Virus record (IMG/VR): IMGVR_UViG_3300029415_000001
DNA: 64,000 nucleotides
Strand: one strand, 5' to 3'
Origin: a virus
Taxonomy: Duplodnaviria > Heunggongvirae > Uroviricota > Caudoviricetes
The notes below the pieces were generated by a model, which was not told the origin of the DNA, searched no databases, and was given only the letters and a program-made list of their open reading frames with translations. The translations under genes and the position numbers were made by a program. Each line of letters starts with the position of its first letter. The first letter of the stretch is position 1. Below, piece by piece: positions 25,296 through 35,675 of the stretch.

Positions 25296-26854
25296 TTCTG
25301 CACCTCGCAGCCTTCAATTTCAGCCACAATCGCATCAATATCTTTGCGCAATTGGTCGATTTTGCTGACCGTGGTTTTCAGCTCTGCATTCAACTCAGCG
25401 ATATCGATAATTTCGCGAGTATCTTTCGCTTCCACATAGCTGCTCACCGACAGGTTATAGTCATTAGCGACAACGGTCTCAAACGCGACAGATTTCGCCA
25501 GATGAGCAACATCTTCCTTGCTGGCAAATACCTGCATAATCTGGTCGATATGGGCATCGGTCAGGATATTGTTGTTAGTCTCTTTTTTGAACAGTTCGCT
25601 GGCGTCAATAAACTGAACGTTGGTATCCGTTTTATGTTTAGACAGAACCAGAATGTTTACGGCAATGGTGGTGCCAAAGAACAGGTTCGGAGCCAGTGAA
25701 ATCACGGTTTCGACATAGTTATTGTCAACCAGATACTGACGGATTTTCTGCTCCGCGCCGCCACGGTAAAAAATACCCGGGAAGCAGACAATCGCAGCAC
25801 GACCTTTGGCCGAAAGATAATTCAGTGCATGTAGTACAAAGGCGAAGTCAGCTTTTGATTTGGGGGCCAGAACGCCAGCCGGGGCAAAACGCTCATCGTT
25901 AATCAGCGTCGGGTCATCGCTGCCAATCCATTTCACCGAATACGGCGGGTTAGAAACGATGGCATCAAACGGTTTTTCATCTCTGAAGTGCGGTTCAGTC
26001 AGCGTATTGCCCAGCTTGATATCAAACTTGTCGTAGTTGATGTTGTGCAAAAACATGTTCATACGCGCCAGGTTATAGGTCGTATGGTTGATTTCCTGAC
26101 CAAAAAAACCTTCTTCGATGATATGGTCATCAAACTGTTTTTTCGCCTGCAACAACAGCGAACCGGAGCCTGCTGCCGGGTCGTAGATTTTGTTAACGTT
26201 GGTCTGCCCGTGCATAGCCAGTTGTGCAATCAGCTTAGAGACGTGCTGCGGTGTAAAGAACTCGCCGCCGGACTTACCGGCATTCGCCGCATAGTTAGAA
26301 ATCAGGAACTCATAGGCATCGCCGAACAGGTCAATCTGATGTTCGTGGAAGTCACCAAGTTTTAGCCCTTCAACCCCTTTCAGAACCGCAGCCAGGCGGG
26401 CATTTTTATCTTTAACGGTGTTACCCAGGCGGTTACTGGTAGTATCGAAATCAGCAAACAAACCTTTGATGTCAGCTTCTGAAGGGTAACCGTAAGCAGA
26501 ACTTTCGATAGCAACGAAGATGCTGTTTAAATCCGCATTCAGTCTGTCATTGGTATTTGCTTTCGCAGCTACGTTGCAGAAAAGCTGACTGGGGTAGATG
26601 AAGTAGCCTTTGGTTCTGATGGCATCGTCTTTAATGTCATCAGTAATAATGCCGTCATCAAGTGCCGCATAACAGATGCTGTCATCACCATTTTCCATAT
26701 AACTGGAAAAATTTTCGCTGATAAAACGGTAGAAAAGTGCGCCCAGAACGTATTGCTTAAAATCCCATCCATCGACAGAACCTCTGACATCGTTAGCAAT
26801 TTGCCAGATTTGACGATGAAGCTCTGCACGTTGTTGAATACTTGTCATTTTCAT
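25292..26854 (-). CDS. hsdM: Type I methyltransferase subunit (HsdM), EcoR124-family
   Basis: 520 aa; NPPY motif (IVSNPPYS), AdoMet motif ([10 protein letters not shown]); near-identical to EcoR124I HsdM as recalled; 4-nt overlap with hsdS. Confidence 0.9.
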
Positions 26855-26993
26855 CCACTTATTTCAGGTTTATGTAATTGGATGTGATTCTACAGCAACT
26901 TGGATGCTTTAGCAGTTCGGACATTAGGCTACGAATGACCTGCCTAGAGGTTTGTTAAGCCGCAAAGTGCTGGTGCTTTATGCCTGTGAAGTT

Positions 26994-27021
26994 TATAATT
27001 GTGTACACATAACGAGTACAC
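26994..27021 (+). promoter_or_regulatory. phd-doc promoter (-10 TATAAT) with Phd/Doc operator palindromes GTGTACAC and GAGTACAC
   Basis: TATAAT at 26994-26999 followed by two palindromic half-site pairs directly upstream of the phd RBS. Confidence 0.6.
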
Positions 27022-27030
27022 GAGGTGTTT

Positions 27031-27252
27031 ATGCGATCCATTAACTTCCGTACCGCGCGCGGCAACCTTTCTGAAGTGCTCAACAATGTTGAAGCCGGGG
27101 AAGAGGTTGAAATCACCCGCAGAGGCCGTGAGCCAGCAGTAATTGTCAGCAAGGCTACTTTCGAAGCCTACAAAAAAGCGGCGCTGGATGCTGAATTTGC
27201 ATCCCTGTTTGACACCCTGGACTCCACCAACAAGGAACTGGTTAACCGATAA
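27031..27252 (+). CDS. phd: antitoxin Phd
   Basis: 73-aa product matching P1 Phd as recalled ([71 protein letters not shown]); ATG 27031 with AGGTG RBS. Confidence 0.9.
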   Translation: MRSINFRTARGNLSEVLNNVEAGEEVEITRRGREPAVIVSKATFEAYKKAALDAEFASLFDTLDSTNKELVNR

Positions 27253-27632
27253 TGAGGCATATATCACCGGAAGAACTTATTGCGCTTCATGATGCGAATA
27301 TAAACCGCTACGGCGGCCTGCCGGGAATGTCAGATCCGGGTAGGGCAGAGGCCATTATCGGGAGAGTTCAGGCCAGAGTTGCCTACGAAGAGATCACCGA
27401 CCTTTTCGAAGTCTCCGCCACCTACCTGGTGGCTACAGCGAGAGGGCATATATTCAATGATGCCAATAAGCGTACCGCGCTAAACAGTGCGCTGTTATTT
27501 CTACGCCGTAACGGGGTGCAGGTATTTGATTCACCTGAACTGGCAGACCTTACTGTAGGCGCTGCGACTGGCGAGATATCTGTATCTTCTGTCGCCGACA
27601 CGTTACGTAGATTGTATGGTTCTGCGGAGTAG
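27252..27632 (+). CDS. doc: toxin Doc (Fic-fold kinase)
   Basis: 126-aa product matching P1 Doc as recalled ([11 protein letters not shown] Fic-like motif); overlaps phd stop. Confidence 0.9.
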   Translation: MRHISPEELIALHDANINRYGGLPGMSDPGRAEAIIGRVQARVAYEEITDLFEVSATYLVATARGHIFNDANKRTALNSALLFLRRNGVQVFDSPELADLTVGAATGEISVSSVADTLRRLYGSAE

Positions 27633-27636
27633 ATTA

Positions 27637-27816
27637 ATGGCACGCAAATACAACAAATTGTCCCGTAAAGCGTTAAAGATGCTTCTTGATGGCGTGAGTC
27701 GCCGCGAGGTAAAGCAATACCTGGTTGGTAAGCAAATTGGTGCCAGGACCGCTATTGCTGTGTTATGCCGTCAGGAAATGGTTGTGCTTAAACAGAGAAT
27801 GCCGGGCAGCAGATAA
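27637..27816 (+). CDS. small basic protein downstream of doc (59 aa)
   Basis: ATG 27637 with GGAG RBS; track ORF 27616-27816. Confidence 0.4.
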   Translation: MARKYNKLSRKALKMLLDGVSRREVKQYLVGKQIGARTAIAVLCRQEMVVLKQRMPGSR

Positions 27817-27843
27817 AGCCCAATCAGTGATGAAAGGTGTGAT

Positions 27844-28887
27844 GTGAAAGCCGTAATTACTCCCTTTGTACAAAAAGAGCTTGGCGTCGCCACATTCAAA
27901 GTGGATCAGGAAGTCAGAAAGCTGGTGGAGGCTGGCCGTAAATTTATTATGGAGCCGGTGCCGCGTGAGTTAATCGAGCACATGGACGACGGCCTCGTTG
28001 TTTCCGAGCAAACTATGGCAACAAATGAGGCGTTGCAGCCGTTTTTTAACAGCGATGAACTGTTTCGCCGTATTGGTGGAATTGACGCGCTGGTGGCGTG
28101 GTTGCGTAGGAAAGAGGGTCAATGCCAGGCCGCAGATCGTAGTTGGTGTGACAATCATATTGTCCACGCTGAACGAGACAATAGCGCGGTGTTGTTGTGC
28201 TGGCATCACGATAACCATTATCGGATGCGTGGTTTTAATGAGCTGAAAGAAACGCTGCACAATAATCGCGTTAACTGGATACTGGATGTCGCCCGTCAGG
28301 AAATGGGCCTTTCAAATAGCCATGATTTAAGTATTCAGGAGCTGTGCTGGTGGGCTTTCATGCGCAACATGATGCACCTGATGCCGGAAGAAGTCTGCCG
28401 CATATCAATAAATAAGATGAAGGCTACTCCGCAGGATAGCGGACCTCTGAAAGAGGCGGATATTCGCCCGTATGACGATCGCGCTACAGCATATGTTCAG
28501 ATGATGGAAGAACGCGCCGCGCCGATGCGTGCAAAAGTATGCCCTGTGGATGTTGACTCCGACCCTGGCATGGCGCATTTCAAAATACCAAAACTTCAAT
28601 CGCTAAAATTGCCCGAGTACATGGATTTTGTGGCTTCCCGTCCATGCTGTGGCTGTGGAGCTGCGGGAGCTGGCGCTCACATTACGCCTTATATCGTTCG
28701 TCATAGTCGATTATGCGCGCATGACATTTATGCTATTCCTCTGTGCCAGTCATGCCAGCGTGATATTGAGCGTGACCGCGATAATTGGGAGAAGACGCAC
28801 GGTAGGCTGGCGATGCATCAACGATTGTTCTTTGATTACGCGCTTGGAGTCGGCGCTATCACAAGTCATTCGTCGAGCGTTAGATAA
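27844..28887 (+). CDS. hypothetical protein with C-terminal Cys/His-rich zinc-binding motif (347 aa)
   Basis: ORF track; CCGCG...CAHD...CQSCQ cluster; GTG start with AAGGTG RBS. Confidence 0.5.
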   Translation: MKAVITPFVQKELGVATFKVDQEVRKLVEAGRKFIMEPVPRELIEHMDDGLVVSEQTMATNEALQPFFNSDELFRRIGGIDALVAWLRRKEGQCQAADRSWCDNHIVHAERDNSAVLLCWHHDNHYRMRGFNELKETLHNNRVNWILDVARQEMGLSNSHDLSIQELCWWAFMRNMMHLMPEEVCRISINKMKATPQDSGPLKEADIRPYDDRATAYVQMMEERAAPMRAKVCPVDVDSDPGMAHFKIPKLQSLKLPEYMDFVASRPCCGCGAAGAGAHITPYIVRHSRLCAHDIYAIPLCQSCQRDIERDRDNWEKTHGRLAMHQRLFFDYALGVGAITSHSSSVR

Positions 28888-28888
28888 A

Positions 28889-28930
28889 ATTGCTCTAATG
28901 TATTGCTATTTCTTTAATCTAGGGTATTAT
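28889..28930 (+). promoter_or_regulatory. C1 operator-like site (ATTGCTCTAATGTATTG) overlapping a sigma70-like promoter (TTGCTA-16-TATTAT) upstream of lpa
   Basis: Operator 28889-28905; -35/-10 hexamers at 28903-28908 and 28925-28930. Confidence 0.55.
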
Positions 28931-28975
28931 ATTCGACGTTGATTAGTTGACATGGGCTAATCAGTAGGTGACAGG

Positions 28976-29428
28976 ATGTTACTTAACTGGCAGGGACGCC
29001 ACTTCATGGAAATAAATCACTCACGAATAACATCGTACGAGATTGCGGATTACATGATCCGCACTAAATCTCTTCTATCAGCGAAAGAACTCGCAGCAAT
29101 TCTTGAAAAGGAATACCCGCATCTGGATGTCGATAAGCGCGATGTTTATCTGCGCTTAAAGGCTATCGCTGTGTCTAAGTATTCGTCTGTTTTGATTGAT
29201 GACAGTACACGCCCACGTAGATTTCAGATCCACTCTCTGAATCCTGAATTCTTTCGCCGTAGCCGCGCTCCGCGCCGGTTTGATGAAAAACTCCAGAACG
29301 AACTCTATATGACGCAGGACGAAAAGGAACGCCGGGAGCACCAGCCTTGGGTAATGGCGCGTCAACTTTTCAATAAGGTGGCCCGTCAGCACCGTCATTA
29401 CGGTAATGCCACATCCGCACGTATCTGA
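28976..29428 (+). CDS. lpa: late promoter activator-like protein (Lpa position)
   Basis: 150-aa ORF directly downstream of a C1-controlled promoter and upstream of pacA, as in P1; no sequence recall to confirm. Confidence 0.55.
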   Translation: MLLNWQGRHFMEINHSRITSYEIADYMIRTKSLLSAKELAAILEKEYPHLDVDKRDVYLRLKAIAVSKYSSVLIDDSTRPRRFQIHSLNPEFFRRSRAPRRFDEKLQNELYMTQDEKERREHQPWVMARQLFNKVARQHRHYGNATSARI

Positions 29429-29513
29429 TTGATTGCTTGCCCGTTCCGGGCCTTTTGACATGTGACTTTCGTTACCCTCGCGTCAAAAAGAGTTTTTACG
29501 AAAGGAAGCATAA

Positions 29514-30707
29514 GTGACCTGGGACGATCACAAAAAGAATTTTGCTCGCCTGGCGCGAGATGGTGGTTACACCATCGCACAGTATGCCGCCGAGTTTAAT
29601 CTTAACCCTAATACCGCACGTCGTTATCTCCGTGCCTTCAAAGAAGACACCAGGACTGCGGACAGCCGCAAGCCAAATAAGCCAGTCAGGAAGCCACTAA
29701 AAAGCATGATCATTGATCACTCTAATGATCAACATGCAGGTGATCATATTGCGGCTGAAATAGCGGAAAAACAGAGAGTTAATGCCGTTGTCAGTGCCGC
29801 AGTCGAGAATGCGAAGCGCCAAAATAAGCGCATAAATGATTGTTCAGATGATCATGACGTGATCACCCGCGCCCACCGGACCTTACGTGATCGCCTGGAA
29901 CGCGACACCCTGGATGATGATGGTGAACGCTTTGAATTCGAAGCTGGCGATTACCTGATAGATAACGTTGAAGCGCGGAAGGCCGCGCGCGCTATGTTGC
30001 GTCGGTCCGGGGCCGATGTTCTGGAAACCACTCTTCTTGAAAAGTCTCTTTCTCATCTCCTTATGCTGGAGAACGCCAGGGATACGTGTATTCGCCTGGT
30101 GCAGGAAATGCGCGATCAGCAAAAAGACGATGATGAAGGTACTCCGCCTGAATACCGTATCGCGAGCATGCTAAACAGCTGTTCCGCGCAGATAAGCAGC
30201 CTGATCAACACCATTTACAGCATCCGGAATAACTATCGAAAAGAAAGCCGGGAGGCGGAAAAGCACGCTTTGTCTATGGGGCAAGCTGGCATTGTTAAGC
30301 TGGCATACGAACGAAAGCGTGAAAATAACTGGTCAGTGCTGGAAGCGGCTGAATTCATCGAGGCGCATGGAGGGAAAGTGCCGCCCCTGATGCTGGAGCA
30401 AATCAAAGCCGATCTGCGTGCTCCTAAGACCAATACCGATGATGAGGAAAACCAAACAGCATCTGGCGCTCCATCACTTGAAGATCTGGATAAAATCGCG
30501 CGAGAACGGGCCGCCAGCCGCCGCGCTGATGCCGCATTGTGGATTGAGCATCGTAGAGAAGAAATTGCCGATATCGTCGATACAGGTGGTTATGGTGATG
30601 TCGATGCGGAAGGCATATCAAACGAAGCATGGCTTGAACAGGATCTGGACGAAGACGAGGAGGAAGACGAAGAAGTTACCCGCAAACTGTACGGGGATGA
30701 TGATTAA
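29514..30707 (+). CDS. pacA: terminase small/recognition subunit PacA
   Basis: 397-aa ORF (same length as P1 PacA as recalled) containing the hexamer-repeat pac site near its 5' end; GTG start with AAAGGAAG RBS. Confidence 0.85.
   Translation: MTWDDHKKNFARLARDGGYTIAQYAAEFNLNPNTARRYLRAFKEDTRTADSRKPNKPVRKPLKSMIIDHSNDQHAGDHIAAEIAEKQRVNAVVSAAVENAKRQNKRINDCSDDHDVITRAHRTLRDRLERDTLDDDGERFEFEAGDYLIDNVEARKAARAMLRRSGADVLETTLLEKSLSHLLMLENARDTCIRLVQEMRDQQKDDDEGTPPEYRIASMLNSCSAQISSLINTIYSIRNNYRKESREAEKHALSMGQAGIVKLAYERKRENNWSVLEAAEFIEAHGGKVPPLMLEQIKADLRAPKTNTDDEENQTASGAPSLEDLDKIARERAASRRADAALWIEHRREEIADIVDTGGYGDVDAEGISNEAWLEQDLDEDEEEDEEVTRKLYGDDD
29707..29866 (+). promoter_or_regulatory. pac packaging site: clustered TGATCA/G hexamers (Dam GATC sites) in two groups
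   Basis: TGATCA at 29707, 29714, 29726, 29741 and at 29849, 29860 inside pacA. Confidence 0.8.
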
Positions 30708-32191
30708 TGGCCAGAAGTTGCGTAACGGACCCACGTTGGCGCGAGCTGGTGGCGCTATATCGTTATGACTGGATTGCGGCCGCTGATGTGTTGTTTGGGA
30801 AGACACCAACCTGGCAGCAGGATGAGATCATTGAGTCCACGCAGCAGGACGGCAGTTGGACAAGTGTGACCTCCGGCCATGGTACTGGTAAATCGGATAT
30901 GACGAGTATCATTGCAATACTCTTCATCATGTTTTTCCCCGGCGCTCGCGTCATTCTGGTCGCTAACAAAAGACAGCAAGTCCTTGATGGTATTTTCAAA
31001 TACATAAAGAGCAATTGGGCTACTGCTGTTAGCAGATTCCCGTGGTTGTCGAAGTATTTCATTCTTACAGAAACGTCTTTTTTTGAGGTGACTGGCAAGG
31101 GTGTTTGGACAATATTGATAAAGTCCTGTCGCCCCGGAAATGAGGAGGCGTTGGCTGGTGAACACGCCGATCATCTCTTGTATATCATCGACGAAGCGTC
31201 GGGTGTGAGTGATAAAGCATTCAGTGTGATAACAGGTGCGCTGACCGGTAAGGATAACCGTATTCTGCTTCTTTCCCAGCCTACGCGACCTTCAGGCTAT
31301 TTCTACGATTCACACCACAGACTAGCTATTCGCCCGGGAAATCCTGATGGATTGTTTACTGCGATAATACTGAATAGTGAAGAATCTCCGCTTGTAGATG
31401 CAAAATTTATACGAGCAAAACTTGCGGAGTATGGCGGTCGTGATAACCCCATGTACATGATCAAAGTACGTGGTGAATTCCCCAAATCGCAAGATGGCTT
31501 TCTTCTTGGTCGTGATGAGGTTGAGCGGGCGACGCGGCGAAAGGTCAAGATTGCCAAAGGATGGGGCTGGCTTGCATGTGTGGACGTTGCTGGTGGTACG
31601 GGACGGGATAAGTCCGTTATCAATATCATGATGGTGTCCGGCCAGCGAAATAAACGCCGTGTAATCAACTATCGAATGCTGGAATACACAGACGTTACAG
31701 AAACGCAGCTTGCCGCCAAAATTTTCGCAGAATGTAATCCTGAGCGATTCCCAAATATCACCATAGCGATAGACGGCGATGGCCTGGGTAAAGCAACGGC
31801 GGATCTGATGTACGAGTATTATGGTATTACCGTACAGCGTATACGCTGGGGTAAAAAGATGCATAGCCGTGAAGATAAGAGCCTGTACTTTGATAAACGT
31901 GCTTATGCCAACGTTCAAGCCGCAGAGGCCGTAAAATCTGGTCGTATGAGACTGGATAAGGGTAATGAAACTATTGAGGAAGCGTCGAAAATCCCTGTAG
32001 GGATTAACTCCGCAGGTCAATGGAAGGTGATGAGTAAGGAGGATATGAAGAAAAAACTCAACCTGCACTCACCAGACCATTGGGATACATATTGTTTCGC
32101 TATGCTGGCGGATTATGTTCCCCAGGATGAAGTGCTTAGCGTCGAAGACGAAGCGCAGGTTGATGAAGCTCTGGCATGGCTTAATGAATGA
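30707..32191 (+). CDS. pacB: terminase large subunit PacB
   Basis: 494-aa ORF with terminase ATPase features, start overlapping pacA stop. Confidence 0.8.
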   Translation: MARSCVTDPRWRELVALYRYDWIAAADVLFGKTPTWQQDEIIESTQQDGSWTSVTSGHGTGKSDMTSIIAILFIMFFPGARVILVANKRQQVLDGIFKYIKSNWATAVSRFPWLSKYFILTETSFFEVTGKGVWTILIKSCRPGNEEALAGEHADHLLYIIDEASGVSDKAFSVITGALTGKDNRILLLSQPTRPSGYFYDSHHRLAIRPGNPDGLFTAIILNSEESPLVDAKFIRAKLAEYGGRDNPMYMIKVRGEFPKSQDGFLLGRDEVERATRRKVKIAKGWGWLACVDVAGGTGRDKSVINIMMVSGQRNKRRVINYRMLEYTDVTETQLAAKIFAECNPERFPNITIAIDGDGLGKATADLMYEYYGITVQRIRWGKKMHSREDKSLYFDKRAYANVQAAEAVKSGRMRLDKGNETIEEASKIPVGINSAGQWKVMSKEDMKKKLNLHSPDHWDTYCFAMLADYVPQDEVLSVEDEAQVDEALAWLNE

Positions 32192-32193
32192 AT

Positions 32194-32210
32194 ATTTGCT
32201 CTAATAAATT
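32194..32210 (+). promoter_or_regulatory. C1 operator-like site (ATTTGCTCTAATAAATT) heading the icd/ant-like module
   Basis: Consensus match immediately after pacB stop. Confidence 0.55.
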
Positions 32211-32342
32211 GTGTTTTTTAACTACCGATGTTACATTGAGCCTGACCTCTTGCGCCTTGAGGCATTTTCGGTTTATGCTTATCAGGCACCTCATTAAAAC
32301 GGGTGCCGGGATTGGCCTCCCGCTTAAGTCTAAGGCGATACA

Positions 32343-32367
32343 GACGCCGCTCGCGTCTTTTTTTTGT
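32343..32367 (+). terminator. strong intrinsic terminator (6-bp GC stem, T8 run)
   Basis: agacgc-cgctc-gcgtct followed by tttttttt. Confidence 0.7.
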
Positions 32368-32500
32368 ATCGGCGTACACGCACACCTCTACAATGGTGGG
32401 CTGTATGGGGCTACCTTCGGGTAGGCTGGTTACCTTGGACGCCAGTAAGGCCAACTCCGTACAGTCCACCGCCAGCAAGATTGGTCTCTTCTGCGGTGGT
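32368..32500 (+). ncRNA. candidate structured leader / c4-like antisense element carrying an anti-RBS (CCTTGGACGCC) complementary to the icd-like RBS
   Basis: Hairpins ctacc-ttcg-ggtag and ccaccgc...gcggtgg; CCTTGGAC at 32433-32440 is complementary (one G-U) to GTCTAAGG at the RBS (32512-32519); a same-sense GTCTAAGG copy at 32328-32335. Confidence 0.3.
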
Positions 32501-32530
32501 TACATACCAACGTCTAAGGAGGCTGCCAAT

Positions 32531-32752
32531 ATGGCTACTATCCCTACCCCAACTCATCCTGAATTTATCTGGCGCTTTTACTCCTGCCAAAAACGTCACT
32601 ATCACTTCGTTATTGCACCGACAGAAGATGAGGCCCGCTCTCAGCTTCCTGACGCCCCATGTATTTTCTCTGCCCGTTTTTCCACTGATTCACGCAATTC
32701 TCTCAGTTACTGGTGCCTCCCTGTTAACGCTTCTGCTCAGGAGGGACTATGA
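32531..32752 (+). CDS. Icd-like small protein (73 aa; cell-division-inhibitor family)
   Basis: ATG 32531 with TAAGGAGG RBS; pattern FIWRF...EDEARSQLPDAP...ARF typical of Icd-like proteins; track shows it inside a longer ORF 32303-32752. Confidence 0.55.
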   Translation: MATIPTPTHPEFIWRFYSCQKRHYHFVIAPTEDEARSQLPDAPCIFSARFSTDSRNSLSYWCLPVNASAQEGL

Positions 32753-33867
32753 GAACGTCATTAGTCACCCGTGAAGAGATGATCGAGGCAATTGAACAGC
32801 ACACTGCCTGTATCAGTACCAGGGATATACCAGGCGTTATTGCCAACTACTTCATGATCACCAAACAACTTTACCGGAGAAAGGACAAGAACGCGGTTCA
32901 CCGTATCCTGTTGTCTGATATCCGCGAATACCTGCTCGAACAGGGTCATCTGAATTACGTAACCGCCGCAGCCGAAGCACGCAAGGAGGCACACAGAATG
33001 AAAGCAACTAACGTTAAATCAGAAAAAATTCATGCACCTTCAGTTCAAGAATCGGAGCTGGTGGTTGTTCAGAATCAGTCTGATGAAATTCCCGTTCTGG
33101 AATGGCAGGGAGTGCGTGTAGTGACAACCGAGACTCTTGCTAGAGGGTATGGGACAGAAACAATCCGTATTCGCCAAAATCATCATGAGAACAAAGTACG
33201 CTTTGTTGAAGGGAAGCACTTTTTCAAAGTTGAAGGAGAATCATTGCGCGAGTTGAAGCACAGAGTAGCTTTAAACTACTCTGTAAAAATTGCTCGCAAT
33301 GTTCGCTCACTCACCCTCTGGACAGAACGCGGCGCAGCCCGCCACGCTAAAATGCTCGAAACCGATCAGGCATGGGCATTCTTTGAAAAACTGGAAGACA
33401 GCTACTTCCGACAAAAAGAACAGCAACCGATCGCAATCCCCCAGACGCTTCCTGAAGCCCTACGCCTGGCTGCCGAACTGGCTGAACAAAAGCAACTTCT
33501 GGAACAGAAAGCCCACCAGCTAAATCAGCAGCTGGTGGCCGCCGCTCCTAAAGTCGATTTTGCCGACCGGGTATCAGTAGCTAAAGGGATCCTGATTGGG
33601 AATTTTGCAAAGGTTGTTGGACTTAAACAAAACGCGCTGTTTGTCTGGTTACGGGAGAACGGCATCCTGATAGCGTCCGGTGGACGTAAAAATGTGCCGT
33701 TCCAGCAGTACATCAACGCGGGGTATTTCACGGTGAAAGAAGTGGTGCTGGATGATGAAGATGGCTACCAGATACGGTTGACGCCTCAATTAACGGGTAA
33801 AGGCCAGCAGTGGTTGACGCGTAAACTGCTCGATGCTGGCTTGTTAAAACCGGTGGCGGCTGAATAA
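32749..33867 (+). CDS. antirepressor-like protein (Bro-N/ORF6N-like plus KilA-C/Ant C-terminal domain), with strong internal RBS and ATG at 32998 (possible shorter in-frame product)
   Basis: 372 aa; C-terminal ...FADRVSVAKGILIGNFAKVVGLKQNALFVWLRENGILI... KilAC motif; internal AAGGAGG-9-ATG. Confidence 0.65.
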   Translation: MRTSLVTREEMIEAIEQHTACISTRDIPGVIANYFMITKQLYRRKDKNAVHRILLSDIREYLLEQGHLNYVTAAAEARKEAHRMKATNVKSEKIHAPSVQESELVVVQNQSDEIPVLEWQGVRVVTTETLARGYGTETIRIRQNHHENKVRFVEGKHFFKVEGESLRELKHRVALNYSVKIARNVRSLTLWTERGAARHAKMLETDQAWAFFEKLEDSYFRQKEQQPIAIPQTLPEALRLAAELAEQKQLLEQKAHQLNQQLVAAAPKVDFADRVSVAKGILIGNFAKVVGLKQNALFVWLRENGILIASGGRKNVPFQQYINAGYFTVKEVVLDDEDGYQIRLTPQLTGKGQQWLTRKLLDAGLLKPVAAE

Positions 33868-33899
33868 TGGAAGAATGCCCGGTTGATGCCGGGCATAAT

Positions 33900-34751
33900 T
33901 TATTGCGCGCTTTCGGGGTTGTCGTTTACTGGCTGCCCCTTCTTGGTTTTACGGCTGCGCGTAACTGATGCGGCTGACTTAACCTTTTTCTCTTCGCGAG
34001 TGATGGCAATTTGTTTTTTTACATTTTCAATATCTGCCAGGCGATATATTTTTGCTTGCGGCCAGCGGTCGCAGATGATCGGTTCTATGGAGTCATAAAG
34101 GCTAAATTTTGCTTTTTCGAATTCACCGTTGATGATAATTCCATCACGGAGAGTTTCATCGCAGATAAACACGCCACACAGTGGCACATGGTAACTAACT
34201 GATTTACCATCATTGTAGTTAGGGCTACTGGAAATGTAGTGGACGCGCAGCATTGTTTCGCTAAAGCCGTGTACGCGCATACGGAATTTTTCATCCTCCG
34301 GGTACTGCCTCATTAGCTCTTTTGTTGCTTCCAGGTTCTCTATGTATTTCGCACTGTGCTCATTGAGCCCCGCGCTTTTTTGGATGCGAATGTCCTTATC
34401 AATCAGATGAATAATGCGGCCAGCGGTCATGTTGACGCTGTTCACAGCTTCTGTCTGATAAGTTGTAACCTTACGTACACCGCGAAGGATGTTAGGCACT
34501 GGATATAAAATAGTCTTTGGGATATTGAGGTCTGGGTACTGTTCCAGTTCCCGCGCCATTAAAGTCCATTTATCAATTTCAGCCTGAATGCTGTCAGTTT
34601 CTTTGAACGGTAGAACGACAACCGGGCGTACAGGACGACCGTCGCTGGCTGTATCAACGTGTTGGGCGCGTGCAACAGCTTTTTTTAGAAAGAGATCCCT
34701 GAAGCTGACGAACTCCTGGTACAGTTGTTCGCCGTAGACATAATTTATCAT
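33900..34751 (-). CDS. c1: C1 repressor of lysis
   Basis: 283 aa matching P1 C1 as recalled (MINYVYGEQLYQEFVSFRDLFLKKAVARAQHV...); operators nearby. Confidence 0.95.
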   Translation of the reverse strand: MINYVYGEQLYQEFVSFRDLFLKKAVARAQHVDTASDGRPVRPVVVLPFKETDSIQAEIDKWTLMARELEQYPDLNIPKTILYPVPNILRGVRKVTTYQTEAVNSVNMTAGRIIHLIDKDIRIQKSAGLNEHSAKYIENLEATKELMRQYPEDEKFRMRVHGFSETMLRVHYISSSPNYNDGKSVSYHVPLCGVFICDETLRDGIIINGEFEKAKFSLYDSIEPIICDRWPQAKIYRLADIENVKKQIAITREEKKVKSAASVTRSRKTKKGQPVNDNPESAQ

Positions 34752-34844
34752 TGATCCTCCTCCAGAATTGACATGGTCAATAACGCCCGGCTGAGAAAAC
34801 CGGTCATTACTGACCTATATTATAGAGGGATCAAACAAAAATAA

Positions 34845-34861
34845 TAGATTTATTAGTGCAT
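34845..34861 (-). promoter_or_regulatory. C1 operator-like site between coi and c1
   Basis: Reverse-orientation match (ATGCACTAATAAATCTA). Confidence 0.5.
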
Positions 34862-35071
34862 TTATTGTGAGTCTAACTGGTTAGTTGCCATGAGATATTC
34901 GATTGTGTCAGTGAGGTCATCCAAGTCGTCTTGGGTGATGCGGTACTCCTGATTGGATATCTTTGAGTAGTGTTCAGCAATGGCGCGGGCAGCGTCGGTT
35001 TCGGCAGGGTCTACAGATAAAGCGTTAGAGCAATGTCTAACGTCGTCGATGGTTGGTTGAATGAAAGCCAT
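34862..35071 (-). CDS. coi: C1 inactivator Coi
   Basis: 69-aa ORF immediately upstream of c1 in the same orientation, as in P1. Confidence 0.75.
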   Translation of the reverse strand: MAFIQPTIDDVRHCSNALSVDPAETDAARAIAEHYSKISNQEYRITQDDLDDLTDTIEYLMATNQLDSQ

Positions 35072-35309
35072 AATTATGCCTCACTGTATTGACAACACAG
35101 AGCCTGAAGCTCTGACCTACTGTTTCACCCATGATCCATGCTGGGGTAATCTAACAACATTGCGCTGTGTGTAAGATGAGCAATGCATAGCTGTAATGCC
35201 GTTGTATAAGGTTTCCCTGTTTGCTCATTTCCTTCTGAGCCGCTCTACAACGCTGAAGACACATTAAATAGTGAATCCAAAGTCGTATTACGTAACGGCG
35301 GCAAAACTA

Positions 35310-35326
35310 TAATTTATTAGAGCAAT
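35310..35326 (-). promoter_or_regulatory. C1 operator-like site upstream of coi-c1 (Op99-type)
   Basis: Reverse-orientation match ATTGCTCTAATAAATTA. Confidence 0.6.
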
Positions 35327-35392
35327 TGTCAAACAACTATGAAAAACAATCCAGTTTTTAGCTGGTGGAGTGGGATTTTTCTCTCCAAATTT

Positions 35393-35409
35393 ATTGCTCT
35401 AATAATTCT
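35393..35409 (+). promoter_or_regulatory. C1 operator-like site (ATTGCTCTAATAATTCT) near loxP
   Basis: Consensus match. Confidence 0.6.
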
Positions 35410-35452
35410 TGATTTTTGTGCGCAGCTGGACGTAAACTCCTCTTCGGACCTG

Positions 35453-35486
35453 ATAACTTCGTATAGCATACATTATACGAAGTTAT
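35453..35486 (+). other. loxP recombination site
   Basis: Exact 34-bp ATAACTTCGTATA-GCATACAT-TATACGAAGTTAT. Confidence 0.99.
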
Positions 35487-35675
35487 CTTAAGGGTTATTG
35501 AACATGATCAATTTACCTGTAAATCCATACAGTTCAATACCTTATCAGGTCAAATAGTGATCACTTGATCATTTGATCAAGGTAGCGCTACGTAAAATCT
35601 GCGAAATGTTGGCGGTGTTAGTCCTACAGATTTCGCGTAGCGCACTTAGCACCACCAATCAATCAGAGGTGAAAA

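Noticed and set aside
32303-32752. 149-aa and 136-aa track ORFs (32303-32752, 32364-32774) upstream of the ant-like gene
   Set aside because: Only the last 73 codons (from ATG 32531 with TAAGGAGG RBS) look like a real Icd-like gene; the upstream part overlaps hairpins and a terminator.
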